Positions 37,849 through 46,529 of a stretch of 64,000 bases of DNA are shown here, one piece after another (the first letter of the stretch is position 1; each line of letters starts with the position of its first letter). Position numbers and translations under genes: made by a program. Below the pieces are notes generated by a model that ran no database searches, was not told the origin of the DNA, and saw only the letters and a program-made list of their open reading frames with translations. The DNA comes from Candidatus Kaiserbacteria bacterium CG10_big_fil_rev_8_21_14_0_10_59_10. Its GTDB lineage: Bacteria; Patescibacteriota; Minisyncoccia; Phycocordibacterales; UBA2100. The stretch covers positions 14,312 to 78,311 of the forward strand of contig PFBM01000021.1 of NCBI GenBank assembly GCA_002773285.1, written 5' to 3'.

Positions 37849-38823
37849 ATGGCTCGCTTGGTGGTCGCAGTGCTGCGAGGAGGCACCTCCGATGAATATA
37901 CTTTGTCACTACGGACGGGTGCACAACTGCTGAGAGCGTTGCCTGAAGAGGAATACGACGTTCGCGACATTTTGATTGATGCGCAGGGCGTATGGCATTC
38001 CCGTGGACTGCCGCTTCCTCCTGCCCGCGCACTCACCGGCGTCGATGCCGTCCTTAACGGCCTGCACGGGGGCATCGGCGAGGACGGCACTCTCGCGCGG
38101 CTTTTGCGCCAATTGTCGGTTGCACACGCGACAGCAAGCGCGCACGCCTCCGCGCTTTCCCTGCACAAAGCGCGCGCCTCAGCTGTCATGCGAGAGGCGG
38201 GCATACACGTTCCTCGTGGCGTATTGTTCAGCGTTTCCAATGAGGTCCCGAGCACCACTATGGCACGAGCGGTTTTCGAGCAGTTCGGCCCGCCGTATAT
38301 CGTAAAGCCGACATCAACCGGCGCGTCCCATGGCGTCGTGTATGTGGCATCGTATCCGGAACTACCTGAGGCAATTGCCCGCGTACTGGAGACATATGGC
38401 GCCGCGCTCGTGGAAGAGTACATTATCGGCGAGGAGACGACGGCCGCCGTGATGGACGATTTCCGCGGCGAAGAGCTCTACGCATTTCCGCCGGCGCGCG
38501 TCGTCCGGCCCGAGCGCGCGCGACATCTTGCGCACACGCATCACCTTGATGGAGCTATTCGATACAATACGCCATCCGATTTCTCGCACGCTGAAAAAGA
38601 AGCAATTGTCGAGGCGGCGCGCAAGGCCCACCGCGCGCTCGGGCTCTCTTTTGTTTCGCGCGCGGATATCATCCTCTCGCGGCGCGGCCCGTACGTACTC
38701 GAGGTGAATGCCGTGCCCGGGTTGTATGAAGGGGCGGCGCTCCCACCCATGCTTGAATCCGTCGGCTCATCAGTGGGAGAGTACGCCCGCCATCAGCTCC
38801 AACTCGCGCGTGAGCGCAATTAA
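37849..38823 (+). CDS. ddl: D-alanine--D-alanine ligase-like ATP-grasp enzyme (divergent)
   Basis: GGTSDEYTLSLRTG, LHGGIGEDG, IVKP, LVEEYI, SRADI, LEVNAVPG. Confidence 0.8.
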   Translation: MARLVVAVLRGGTSDEYTLSLRTGAQLLRALPEEEYDVRDILIDAQGVWHSRGLPLPPARALTGVDAVLNGLHGGIGEDGTLARLLRQLSVAHATASAHASALSLHKARASAVMREAGIHVPRGVLFSVSNEVPSTTMARAVFEQFGPPYIVKPTSTGASHGVVYVASYPELPEAIARVLETYGAALVEEYIIGEETTAAVMDDFRGEELYAFPPARVVRPERARHLAHTHHLDGAIRYNTPSDFSHAEKEAIVEAARKAHRALGLSFVSRADIILSRRGPYVLEVNAVPGLYEGAALPPMLESVGSSVGEYARHQLQLARERN

Positions 38824-38842
38824 TTGTATTCTTGCTGCGTTA

Positions 38843-38914
38843 GGGCCAGTAGTTCAGTGGTAGAATGCCTCATTTGCAATGAGGAGGTCCGGGGTTCGAT
38901 CCCCCGCTGGTCCA
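38843..38914 (+). tRNA. tRNA-Ala(TGC); CCA not encoded
   Basis: Acceptor GGGCCAG/CTGGTCC with G3:U70; CCTCA-TTTGCAA-TGAGG; GGTTCGAT T-loop. Confidence 0.95.
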
Positions 38915-38935
38915 CAGGGGTAAAAGACATGTGCC

Positions 38936-40726
38936 TTAGTGCACGAGGATGGATACTGCGCGTTCAGCAATGAGGGCGCCTGAAAGATTGCGGGCAACGA
39001 AGTTGACAACGTAAGGTCCGGCGCCGCGCCAATTCCAACCCGACACGTCTACCCATGCGCGCTTATGGAACCATCCTTCGTCGCTATCGTGCATCTCGTT
39101 CAGCCGGTCGCCGTCCACCTGCCAGAACATTCGGTACTCCGGCAGCGCGGCATCCTGCAGGAGCGCCTTAAACGGCTGGGTTCCCGATATTCCAGCGCCA
39201 TCGGTCGGCCACCAAATATCGATATCTCCATTCTCCGGACCGGGCGCGGGCGGCGGCGTGTCATCGCCGTTCTCTGGGGGCGGCGGTGGAGGCGGCTCGC
39301 CGCCGCCGTTGCCGCCAACAGCTATCGTTGCCGCCTCGTTATTCCAATGAACGACGTTGGACCAGCCCGCGGTGAATACGCCTATCGCAACACGATAGAG
39401 TCCGGCCGCCGCCGCGTTCCACGTCGGCATGTACTGCTTTGTTTCTCCTGAGCCGAATGATTGATTCTCAAAAAAATGCTGAAACACCTGCTGGCCGGAC
39501 TCGTTGTAAATCTCGACATCAACTATGCCGCCAATGAATTCATCGCCGATGTTTTGCACCGATACGTGCACTGTCGTATTGTGTCCCGTCTCAGGTGATG
39601 CGGGCGATGGGTCCGCATCGCTTGTAAACGTCGGCGGATTCTGGGGCTGGCTCACGGGAGGCGCCGCGTTGGTGAACCAGCGTGTTACTACCTCCTCAGC
39701 GGGCTTGTTCTGCGGCGTGTAGTTATTGTCGCCGGAGCCGCCTGCGTGCGGATTTGTCTCCCATTTCCACCAGTAGACACCGTGCACGTAGTCGTAATCA
39801 TTCCAGTATGAGAGCAGGGCCTCGTACGCATGTGCCTGCTCATGTAGGTCTACCGCGCCGCCGCGGCTCCAGTTCCACGGGTCGTGACGGGCGCCCTCGA
39901 GCGAGCGATAGCCGATCTCGAGAAAGAGGAGGGGCTTGCCGACGCTCTGGCTGAACGCTCGGATGTCGTTGTTGTTCCAGAAATGCCACGCACTCTTTAT
40001 ATCGTCGACGGCATTCGTGGGCGAGTTCAGGTTGTAGTATACGGAAAGCCCGGCATAATCGAGCTGCGGCCAAAATTCAATAAACTTCTTTTCGTTCACG
40101 AACGGGTCGTCAGTGTTGTTTGTTGAATTCGCGCCATAGACGAGAGAGCCCGAATATACGCCGCGCACATCGGCGATCAGGGACTGCCAGTTTGCTGTGT
40201 TCGACGGATGCATCACTCCGGCCGCCACCGACACGAGTTCCGTTCCTATATTCAGCATCGCCGCGCCGTGGGATTCTGCTATTGCCGCAAGATGCAGAAG
40301 GCGCTCGCGATAGCGCGAGAACCACGCATCCCTGTCGTCAGGGTTAATGTGCGCGCGCCATGAGCCATCATACGACTCGAGATGGAGCTTAAGCGTTACC
40401 TGCAGGCCGAGCGAGCGGGCATACTCTATAGCTGCGATGAGCGCCTCATCGGTGGGCGTGTTCCAACCAGGCGCAATGTCTGAGCTGCGCGTGTTGGATT
40501 GGTAGTAGGGAACGACGATGCCGACATGCGACGCGCCCGTCGCAGCAAGGTCGCGCAGAGATTCCCGCGCACTCTCGCTGCCGAGGTCCGTGCTGCTCTG
40601 CGGTACGAGCGTCGCTCCTTGTTGCCAGTTGGCGACCGCTGCCTCGCTTTTTTCCGGCCACCATGCCATAAGCGCGCCCAGAGAAACAATCCCGAGCGCG
40701 ATACTTGTCGCCAATGCCCTACTCAT
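38936..40726 (-). CDS. Secreted GH113-like glycoside hydrolase with two C-terminal beta modules
   Basis: Signal or TM; LKLHL, WRAHI, IGTEL, FLEIGYRS, TPQNKPAE; Pro-rich linkers. Confidence 0.8.
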   Translation of the reverse strand: MSRALATSIALGIVSLGALMAWWPEKSEAAVANWQQGATLVPQSSTDLGSESARESLRDLAATGASHVGIVVPYYQSNTRSSDIAPGWNTPTDEALIAAIEYARSLGLQVTLKLHLESYDGSWRAHINPDDRDAWFSRYRERLLHLAAIAESHGAAMLNIGTELVSVAAGVMHPSNTANWQSLIADVRGVYSGSLVYGANSTNNTDDPFVNEKKFIEFWPQLDYAGLSVYYNLNSPTNAVDDIKSAWHFWNNNDIRAFSQSVGKPLLFLEIGYRSLEGARHDPWNWSRGGAVDLHEQAHAYEALLSYWNDYDYVHGVYWWKWETNPHAGGSGDNNYTPQNKPAEEVVTRWFTNAAPPVSQPQNPPTFTSDADPSPASPETGHNTTVHVSVQNIGDEFIGGIVDVEIYNESGQQVFQHFFENQSFGSGETKQYMPTWNAAAAGLYRVAIGVFTAGWSNVVHWNNEAATIAVGGNGGGEPPPPPPPENGDDTPPPAPGPENGDIDIWWPTDGAGISGTQPFKALLQDAALPEYRMFWQVDGDRLNEMHDSDEGWFHKRAWVDVSGWNWRGAGPYVVNFVARNLSGALIAERAVSILVH

Positions 40727-40883
40727 CGTTGCGTGCTCCACTTAGACAGTATCAACTGGTCGGTTGAACGGGGCATGAAGGTGCAGATGCTATCCAAGCC
40801 GACGCAGCAATACCATGCAAGGACTTGCGTAAGGGGATTCTTGTGTTACAATGGCAGTGTTGGCTCAGCAAGAGGAGGATGAA

Positions 40884-41390
40884 ATGCTCTCGAGCGGAAT
40901 CAACGAAGAAGGTGTCCTTATAGATTGGGGGCACGCGGATTTCTCTAAGTTTCCTAGCGCTAGTGCCGAGGAAATTAAGAGAAACTCGCAAAAGTTCTTC
41001 CGTGCGGCCTTCGGGGATAGAGTCCCCAGGGGTACGGCTGCACGGATCCAAGTGACCAGCTGCGCGCTCGAGGAGCGCCGTTCCTGCGGAAGGCGCCTTC
41101 GAGTGCTGCAGGTCGCCTCCGAACGGAGCGGTGGTATCTGGGAGTTCTTCCGCAGTATCTTCGGAGAGCGCGTTGCCTCACCGGCTCTGACGATATACGT
41201 TCGTCCGAGCGCGAGGGACGAAAACGGCGCGTACAAGGGGGCGAAAATATCTTTCCGCATCCCCGACGAGCTCGCGAAATGGCTCACTCCGGAGCGGATG
41301 CGCAGGGCGGCGCGCGAACTTGAACCGAAACGACCTCCCCGCACTACTATCAGGCAGCGGAAGGCCATCGAGGCATTTGCTTGGTCCTAG
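40884..41390 (+). CDS. Hypothetical protein (ORFan)
   Basis: AGAGGAGG SD before ATG 40884; TACAAT upstream; terminator downstream. Confidence 0.65.
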   Translation: MLSSGINEEGVLIDWGHADFSKFPSASAEEIKRNSQKFFRAAFGDRVPRGTAARIQVTSCALEERRSCGRRLRVLQVASERSGGIWEFFRSIFGERVASPALTIYVRPSARDENGAYKGAKISFRIPDELAKWLTPERMRRAARELEPKRPPRTTIRQRKAIEAFAWS

Positions 41391-41409
41391 GTCACCCATG
41401 TTCTTTTGA

Positions 41410-41441
41410 AGCGCTCGCAACGTAAGCGGGCGCTCTTTTTT
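41410..41441 (+). terminator. Intrinsic terminator
   Basis: agcgctcgc...gcgggcgct stem followed by a T-run. Confidence 0.65.
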
Positions 41442-41463
41442 ATCCCCAAACTGCGCCACCATC

Positions 41464-41491
41464 TTGACAACCTCCGAAAGTGACCCATACT
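41464..41491 (+). promoter_or_regulatory. Sigma70-type promoter of the RRM gene
   Basis: TTGACA-16-CATACT. Confidence 0.55.
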
Positions 41492-41605
41492 AGTCGGGAA
41501 TGTAAGTTTTCCATGTGTTGTGTTCCGGCAGCCGCAGGGCTGCGCCGACAAGACAGTGGAAAAGGTTGGTTTACATGAATTAAAGGAACACAATTCGACA
41601 CGACA

Positions 41606-41929
41606 ATGGCAAAGAAGTTGTACGTCGGCGGGCTGCCCTACAGCACGACCGACGCCGAGTTGAAGGACGCGTTTTCGCAGGCAGGGACCGTCGAGTCGGC
41701 CACCGTCATCATGGATAAGATGAGCGGCCGCTCGAAAGGTTTCGGCTTTGTGGAGATGTCGACGGATGAGGAAGCGCAAGCGGCTATCGACCAATTCAAT
41801 GGGAAGGATTTCGGCGGACGCTCGATCACCGTTAACGAGGCGCGTCCTATGGAGGAGCGCCCGCGCCGCGACTTTCGTGGCGGAGGCGGCGGAGGCGGCT
41901 ACGGCCGCTCCAACGACCGACGCTGGTAG
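41606..41929 (+). CDS. RRM RNA-binding protein with Gly/Arg-rich tail
   Basis: RNP2 LYVGGL; RNP1 KGFGFVEM; ITVNEARP; GGGGGGGYG. Confidence 0.95.
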   Translation: MAKKLYVGGLPYSTTDAELKDAFSQAGTVESATVIMDKMSGRSKGFGFVEMSTDEEAQAAIDQFNGKDFGGRSITVNEARPMEERPRRDFRGGGGGGGYGRSNDRRW

Positions 41930-41954
41930 CTCAAGGAGCGCAGCGAGGGTTATC

Positions 41955-41989
41955 TACACCCCTCACCAAAGAACTCGGTGAGGGGTGTA
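41955..41989 (+). terminator. Hairpin after the RRM gene
   Basis: TACACCCCTCACC/GGTGAGGGGTGTA 13-bp stem. Confidence 0.55.
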
Positions 41990-41999
41990 TGATTGCTGC

Positions 42000-42377
42000 A
42001 TGAGATATGGCGCGATGTTCGGCTGGGGCGTGGTCATATACGCGGTGGTCTTTTTGGTGTGGTCGGGTTTTCTAACGTACGGATTTATCGAGGGCATGTT
42101 GCCGCGTATCCTCGGATTTGCCGCGCTCGTAGCGGCGACCTCTACCGCCGCGTTGTCCTTGCGGCTTTCAACATGGTACGACGTCCTGCCGTACTCGCTT
42201 TCGTGGATGGTCGTCGTTATGCTCCTCGATGGTATTTTCTCATTCCCATTTGTGGGGTTCGCGATATACGCGGACCCCAACGTGTGGGTGGGATATGCGC
42301 TTGTCGCCATCGTCCCGCTTGCCGCGATCCGCATCGCGAGCTTTTACCGCAGGCCGCACTCTGTTGAGAGCCAGTAG
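42000..42377 (+). CDS. Hypothetical membrane protein (about 4 TMs)
   Basis: Hydrophobic ORF; ATG 6 nt after TATGAT. Confidence 0.7.
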   Translation: MRYGAMFGWGVVIYAVVFLVWSGFLTYGFIEGMLPRILGFAALVAATSTAALSLRLSTWYDVLPYSLSWMVVVMLLDGIFSFPFVGFAIYADPNVWVGYALVAIVPLAAIRIASFYRRPHSVESQ

Positions 42378-42379
42378 AT

Positions 42380-43555
42380 ATGCATTCATCGCTGTACACG
42401 CATCGCACACTCGTGCGCGCCGCCTTCGCGCTTGCGCACGTGTTCGTGTGGGTGCTGTCCTTCGAATTACTTTCTGCCGCGCTCGCATCGGTTGGAGCCG
42501 CGCTCGCGGCAACGGCGCTCTTGCACGCAACCTCACAAACCGTTTCGCTCTACACAACGCCCTTCGCGGCGCGGTTTCTCCACCGCGCGGGGGCGCGGCG
42601 CAGCATGTCACTTGCGGCGCTCGCTGCGGTGGCGGCGTTCGCCATGTTTGCGCATATTTTCAGCGAGCGAGAGGGAGCGCTTCCGCTTGCCGCTTTATGC
42701 AGTGCGGTGGTGCTCCTTGGACTGTACCGCGCGCTCTACTGGGTGCCGTATCGCGTCATGGACGACCGTACAGCGGAGCAGGCATACCGCTCACACTACC
42801 TGCGAGAGCTCGGCATCGCGTCGCTGCCGCTCGCCGGTGCGCTCATACTGATATACAGCCCACTGGGTGCCGCCGCTCTTTTCTTGTGCGCCGGCCTGCT
42901 GCTTCTCGGTTCTATGATTTTTCTCGCTCGCGCACCTACCGCGTACGAACGATATGATTGGACGTTCGCCGAGAGCATGCGGCGGCTCTTTTCTGCGTCT
43001 GAGCGCCCGCTGCTTTCATCTTCTTTTCTGCAGGGCGTGCAAGGCGCGGCACTCCTGTTCGCGTGGCCGCTTGCGGTATTTACCGTCGTCGACGGCTCGT
43101 TTCTCGTGCTCGGCGCTGTCATGTCGCTCTCTCTCGGTGCGACCATTCTGCTGCGCGCACATATCAGTCGCGCCGTGCGTGATACGCCTCTTGGCGATTC
43201 CATACACGTATCCGCCGCACTCGGTGCCTCGGGCTGGCTATTGCGGCTCACGGCCGCATCGCCCATCGCGCTTATCATCGTCGACACGTATTCCAATGCG
43301 GGCAATCCGCTTAGGCGTATCGGCGTTGACTGCGCAGCATTTGAGCAAGCGGCGGACCTCGGCCACTTTGTCGACGAATTTTCCGCACTGAAGGACATGG
43401 GGCAGATGCTCGGGCGTATCACTCTGGCACTTATTCTTGCCTTAGCTGCGGTCTATCTTGGCGCGTTCATCTCACTCGCGCTTGCGATACTTATTGCGGC
43501 GTGCGCTGCAGGCGTGTCGCTCTACGCTTTCCAACCCGGGCGAATTCACGCATAG
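42380..43555 (+). CDS. MFS-like multi-pass membrane protein
   Basis: About 11-12 hydrophobic segments in two halves; LYRALYW. Confidence 0.65.
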   Translation: MHSSLYTHRTLVRAAFALAHVFVWVLSFELLSAALASVGAALAATALLHATSQTVSLYTTPFAARFLHRAGARRSMSLAALAAVAAFAMFAHIFSEREGALPLAALCSAVVLLGLYRALYWVPYRVMDDRTAEQAYRSHYLRELGIASLPLAGALILIYSPLGAAALFLCAGLLLLGSMIFLARAPTAYERYDWTFAESMRRLFSASERPLLSSSFLQGVQGAALLFAWPLAVFTVVDGSFLVLGAVMSLSLGATILLRAHISRAVRDTPLGDSIHVSAALGASGWLLRLTAASPIALIIVDTYSNAGNPLRRIGVDCAAFEQAADLGHFVDEFSALKDMGQMLGRITLALILALAAVYLGAFISLALAILIAACAAGVSLYAFQPGRIHA

Positions 43556-43562
43556 TGCCCGC

Positions 43563-44177
43563 ATGAGGCGCACTCTGCCCACCTCTTTTTTTCGAAAAAA
43601 AGCGACGGACATAGCACCTGCACTATTGGGTAAATGCCTCGTTCGCTCAATGCGCCGCGCTACTGTCTCAGCGATGATAACTGAAGTCGAGGCGTATGAC
43701 GGACTCGACGACCTGGCGAGCCATGCGTCGCGCGGACGCACGCCACGGAGCGCAGTCATGTTCGGGCCGCCGGGCCACTGGTACGTCTATCTCGTCTACG
43801 GCATACACGAAATGCTCAATATTGTATGCGGTCCGGAAGGGTATCCAGCCGCTGTCCTTATACGCGGCGTCCACATTTCTCCACGTACATCTCTACCGCC
43901 TCGCCCCCAAAATTACCAAGGACCGTCCTTGGTAAGGGGAGGGGGTAGGGTGCGCGCGGGCGAAATCGCGGGCGAAATACTGGGGCCGGGAAGGGTAACA
44001 AAGGAACTTGCCGTCACGAGAGCGCTGAATGGGCAGCCGGCGACCGCAGCGAGCGGGCTCTGGATTGAAGACAGAGGAGTGCGGGTGCGCCGCAGCGAAA
44101 TTATTCGTACATCAAGGATAGGCGTGGCATACGCCGGGGAGTGGGCGCATAAGCCGTGGCGGTTCACTCTGCAGTAA
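43563..44177 (+). CDS. mpg: DNA-3-methyladenine glycosylase
   Basis: ITEVEAYDG, ASHAS, YVYLVYGIH, AAVLIRG, GPG, RIGV, PWRF. Confidence 0.93.
   Translation: MRRTLPTSFFRKKATDIAPALLGKCLVRSMRRATVSAMITEVEAYDGLDDLASHASRGRTPRSAVMFGPPGHWYVYLVYGIHEMLNIVCGPEGYPAAVLIRGVHISPRTSLPPRPQNYQGPSLVRGGGRVRAGEIAGEILGPGRVTKELAVTRALNGQPATAASGLWIEDRGVRVRRSEIIRTSRIGVAYAGEWAHKPWRFTLQ
43913..43935. repeat. Perfect 23-bp palindrome, in frame in mpg
   Basis: TTACCAAGGAC-C-GTCCTTGGTAA with imperfect C-rich/G-rich flanks (~43893-43949). Confidence 0.85.
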
Positions 44178-44211
44178 AAAAAAGAAGCGGCATCCAGTGC
44201 GGACCCGCTTC
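44175..44211 (-). terminator. Intrinsic terminator on the minus strand
   Basis: A-run then gaagcgg...ccgcttc stem on the plus strand. Confidence 0.6.
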
Positions 44212-44234
44212 AATCAATTCATCATATGCGCGTC

Positions 44235-44528
44235 TCATGCATCAAACAGATCTTTTTGCTCTGATTGCCGCGCCATTCTCGCACGCCTCTTGCGGGCCAA
44301 CCCCCGCTTTTGTCGCATGGCGCCAAATGCGAGTTTCTTCGCGGCTATCCAGTGTTCGCGCTTCACGCCGTAGCGCCGCGGGTCGAACCGGGAGCTTAAC
44401 AGCTCCTTCGAACCACGCAGGCTCTTCCATGTGAGCGCAGTTTCGAGCGGGCACGTGAATACGATCGCCACATCGCTGTAGACGATTACCTTCACCTCCT
44501 GCTCATCGGCGTATAGGATGCTGGCCAC
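44235..44528 (-). CDS. Hypothetical protein (ORFan)
   Basis: GAGGAGG SD before GTG; TATAAT upstream; terminator downstream. Confidence 0.55.
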   Translation of the reverse strand: MASILYADEQEVKVIVYSDVAIVFTCPLETALTWKSLRGSKELLSSRFDPRRYGVKREHWIAAKKLAFGAMRQKRGLARKRRARMARQSEQKDLFDA

Positions 44529-44601
44529 CTCATCCTCCTCGCGTTGCCCGGATGTACGCAACGCACCTCTATGCCACTTTTTTAATTATACCATGGATAC
44601 T

Positions 44602-45057
44602 CTATTGGGACAAGATTCTCTGCACTGCCTCTTTCACCTCATTACCGTCGGCATTGCCGCCCAACTCTTTCATCCCCGCGCCGGTCAGTTTGCCCGCCCC
44701 TGATGCATCGGCGATACGTAGCTCGTCTTTCTTGGCGCGTGCCACTCGCTCTATCTCATCCCTGCTCGCCATCTGCGGCAAGTACTCCTCGACAATCGCC
44801 AGTTCGGCGCGCTCTTTATCGGCAAGCTCGGCACGGCCCCCTTTCTCATAGCTTTCCGCCGATTCTTTACGCTGCTTCGCGAGGCGCTTCAGCACCGTCA
44901 CCGCCTCCGCATCCGATAGTTCTTCTGTCGGCTTGCGTCCCTTTGCGACCAGCTCGTTCGTAAACGCTGCAAGGGCTCCCCGCAGCGTATCGACACGGAG
45001 CGCATCTTTCGATCTCATGGCGGCTACCATAGCCGCACGGATATCCGCTGTTATCAT
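44602..45057 (-). CDS. yqeY: GatB/YqeY domain protein
   Basis: AMRSKD..R..TLR, KQRKES, GGRAELADKERAEL, YLPQM. Confidence 0.93.
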   Translation of the reverse strand: MITADIRAAMVAAMRSKDALRVDTLRGALAAFTNELVAKGRKPTEELSDAEAVTVLKRLAKQRKESAESYEKGGRAELADKERAELAIVEEYLPQMASRDEIERVARAKKDELRIADASGAGKLTGAGMKELGGNADGNEVKEAVQRILSQ

Positions 45058-45087
45058 TCCGGAAGTGTAGCATGGTAGAATGACGCA
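45058..45087. promoter_or_regulatory. Back-to-back leaderless -10 promoters
   Basis: CAT-6-AGTGTA-6-TAGAAT-6-ATG. Confidence 0.7.
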
Positions 45088-46170
45088 ATGGAAGCGGCGA
45101 TAGTCGTTATACTGCTCGCCAACATAACGCTTTTGGCATACCTCATCTGGCGCGTGAGAAAGGGCGGCGGCGACGCATCGAGCCTCATGCTGCTCCAAAA
45201 TCAGCTGCAGGACCTGTCTCGTACAGTGGAGCAAAAGCTCGAGGGCGGCACGAACCGCATGTTCGAATCGATGAAGGCGCAGTTCGGCGAGTCGCAGCGC
45301 TTGGCATCGGATATCCGCGACTTGGTCGCAAAGCAGCTGACGGAAGTCGCGCGTGAGCAGACCAAAACCAACGAGGCCACCGCGCGCTTTATGACCATCG
45401 CGGAGCAGCTCGCGAATCTCGAAAAGGTATTGAAGCATCAGAAGCAGCGGGGGAACCTCGGCGAGGCCTCGCTTGAACTCATTTTGACGAATATCCTCGG
45501 CGGCTCGGGGACATTTCAAATGCAGTACCAGTTTCCCGGCGGAGAAACGGTCGACGCCGCCATATTCACTAAAGAAGGCATTATTCCCGTCGACGCTAAA
45601 TTTTCACTGGATAACTACAATCGGCTTCTGAGCGCGGTCGACGACGCGCAGCGCCTTGAGCTGGAGAAGGACTTCAAGAACGACCTCAAGCTTCGCATAG
45701 ATGAGTGCGCAAAATACGTGCGCGTGAAGGACGGCACGCTGCCGTTCGCGTTCATGTACATCCCGGCCGAAGCCATTTATTACGACCTTCTCATAAACGA
45801 GATAGGGTCGGTCAAGGTCAACACGCGGAATCTCATCGACTATGCGTACAACGAAAAGAAGGTGATCATCGTCTCGCCGACCACCTTTGCCGCGTATTTG
45901 CAATCGGTGCTCTACGGCTTTAAAGCATTCAAGATCGAGGAAACGGCAAAAGACATCGCGAAGAACGTCGAGAACTTGTCGCGGCACCTAAAGGCGTATG
46001 AGGATTATTACAAAAAACTCGGCTCCTCTCTCTCGACGACGGTAAACCACTACAACGCCGGCTCGAAGGAGCTCGGAAAGATCGACAAGGACGTACTGCG
46101 CATTACCGGTGAATCCGCAGCGCTTGACGCGCCTCTTTTAGAGAAGCCCGCGCTTGCCGACGAGAGATAA
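45088..46170 (+). CDS. rmuC: DNA recombination protein RmuC
   Basis: N-terminal TM, coiled coil, KQRGNLGE, VDAKF, FAFMYIPAEAIY, IVSPTT. Confidence 0.93.
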   Translation: MEAAIVVILLANITLLAYLIWRVRKGGGDASSLMLLQNQLQDLSRTVEQKLEGGTNRMFESMKAQFGESQRLASDIRDLVAKQLTEVAREQTKTNEATARFMTIAEQLANLEKVLKHQKQRGNLGEASLELILTNILGGSGTFQMQYQFPGGETVDAAIFTKEGIIPVDAKFSLDNYNRLLSAVDDAQRLELEKDFKNDLKLRIDECAKYVRVKDGTLPFAFMYIPAEAIYYDLLINEIGSVKVNTRNLIDYAYNEKKVIIVSPTTFAAYLQSVLYGFKAFKIEETAKDIAKNVENLSRHLKAYEDYYKKLGSSLSTTVNHYNAGSKELGKIDKDVLRITGESAALDAPLLEKPALADER

Positions 46171-46191
46171 ACCAAGTATAGTGCCGCCACT

Positions 46192-46509
46192 ATGGCAAAA
46201 ATAGCCGTTATAGAAACGGGCGGGAAGCAGTACGTCGTGATGACCGATAGTATCGTGACGATAGAGAAGCTGGCGGAAGGGGAGCCGGGGACAAAGGTAA
46301 CCTTCGATAAGGTCCTTCTTACCGACGATGGTGCGAAGACCGCGGTCGGGGCCCCGTATATAGCCGGCGCGGTCGTTACGGGTGAGTTGGTCGCGGAGAA
46401 CAAGGCGAAGAAAGTAACGGTCATCCGATACAGGCAGAAAAGCCGTTCATTTAAGAAGAAGGGGCACCGTCAGACGCAGGCGAAGGTACGCATAACCAAG
46501 CTGCCCTAG
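46192..46509 (+). CDS. rplU: 50S ribosomal protein L21
   Basis: AVIETGGKQY, KGHRQ. Confidence 0.97.
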   Translation: MAKIAVIETGGKQYVVMTDSIVTIEKLAEGEPGTKVTFDKVLLTDDGAKTAVGAPYIAGAVVTGELVAENKAKKVTVIRYRQKSRSFKKKGHRQTQAKVRITKLP

Positions 46510-46529
46510 GCGCCCGAGCGGGCGGCGCG

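Noticed and set aside
11636-38914. tRNAs as integration sites
   Set aside because: No integrase and no duplicated tRNA 3' end seen
45058-45519. N-terminal extension of YqeY (similar extensions on topA, dnaX, tyrS, otsA, mpg, 61188)
   Set aside because: Longest-ORF artefacts overlapping neighbours; homology and -10 geometry indicate later starts
46294-46307. AAGGTAACCTT in rplU as another palindromic element
   Set aside because: Spacer is 3 rather than 5, and it encodes normal L21 sequence
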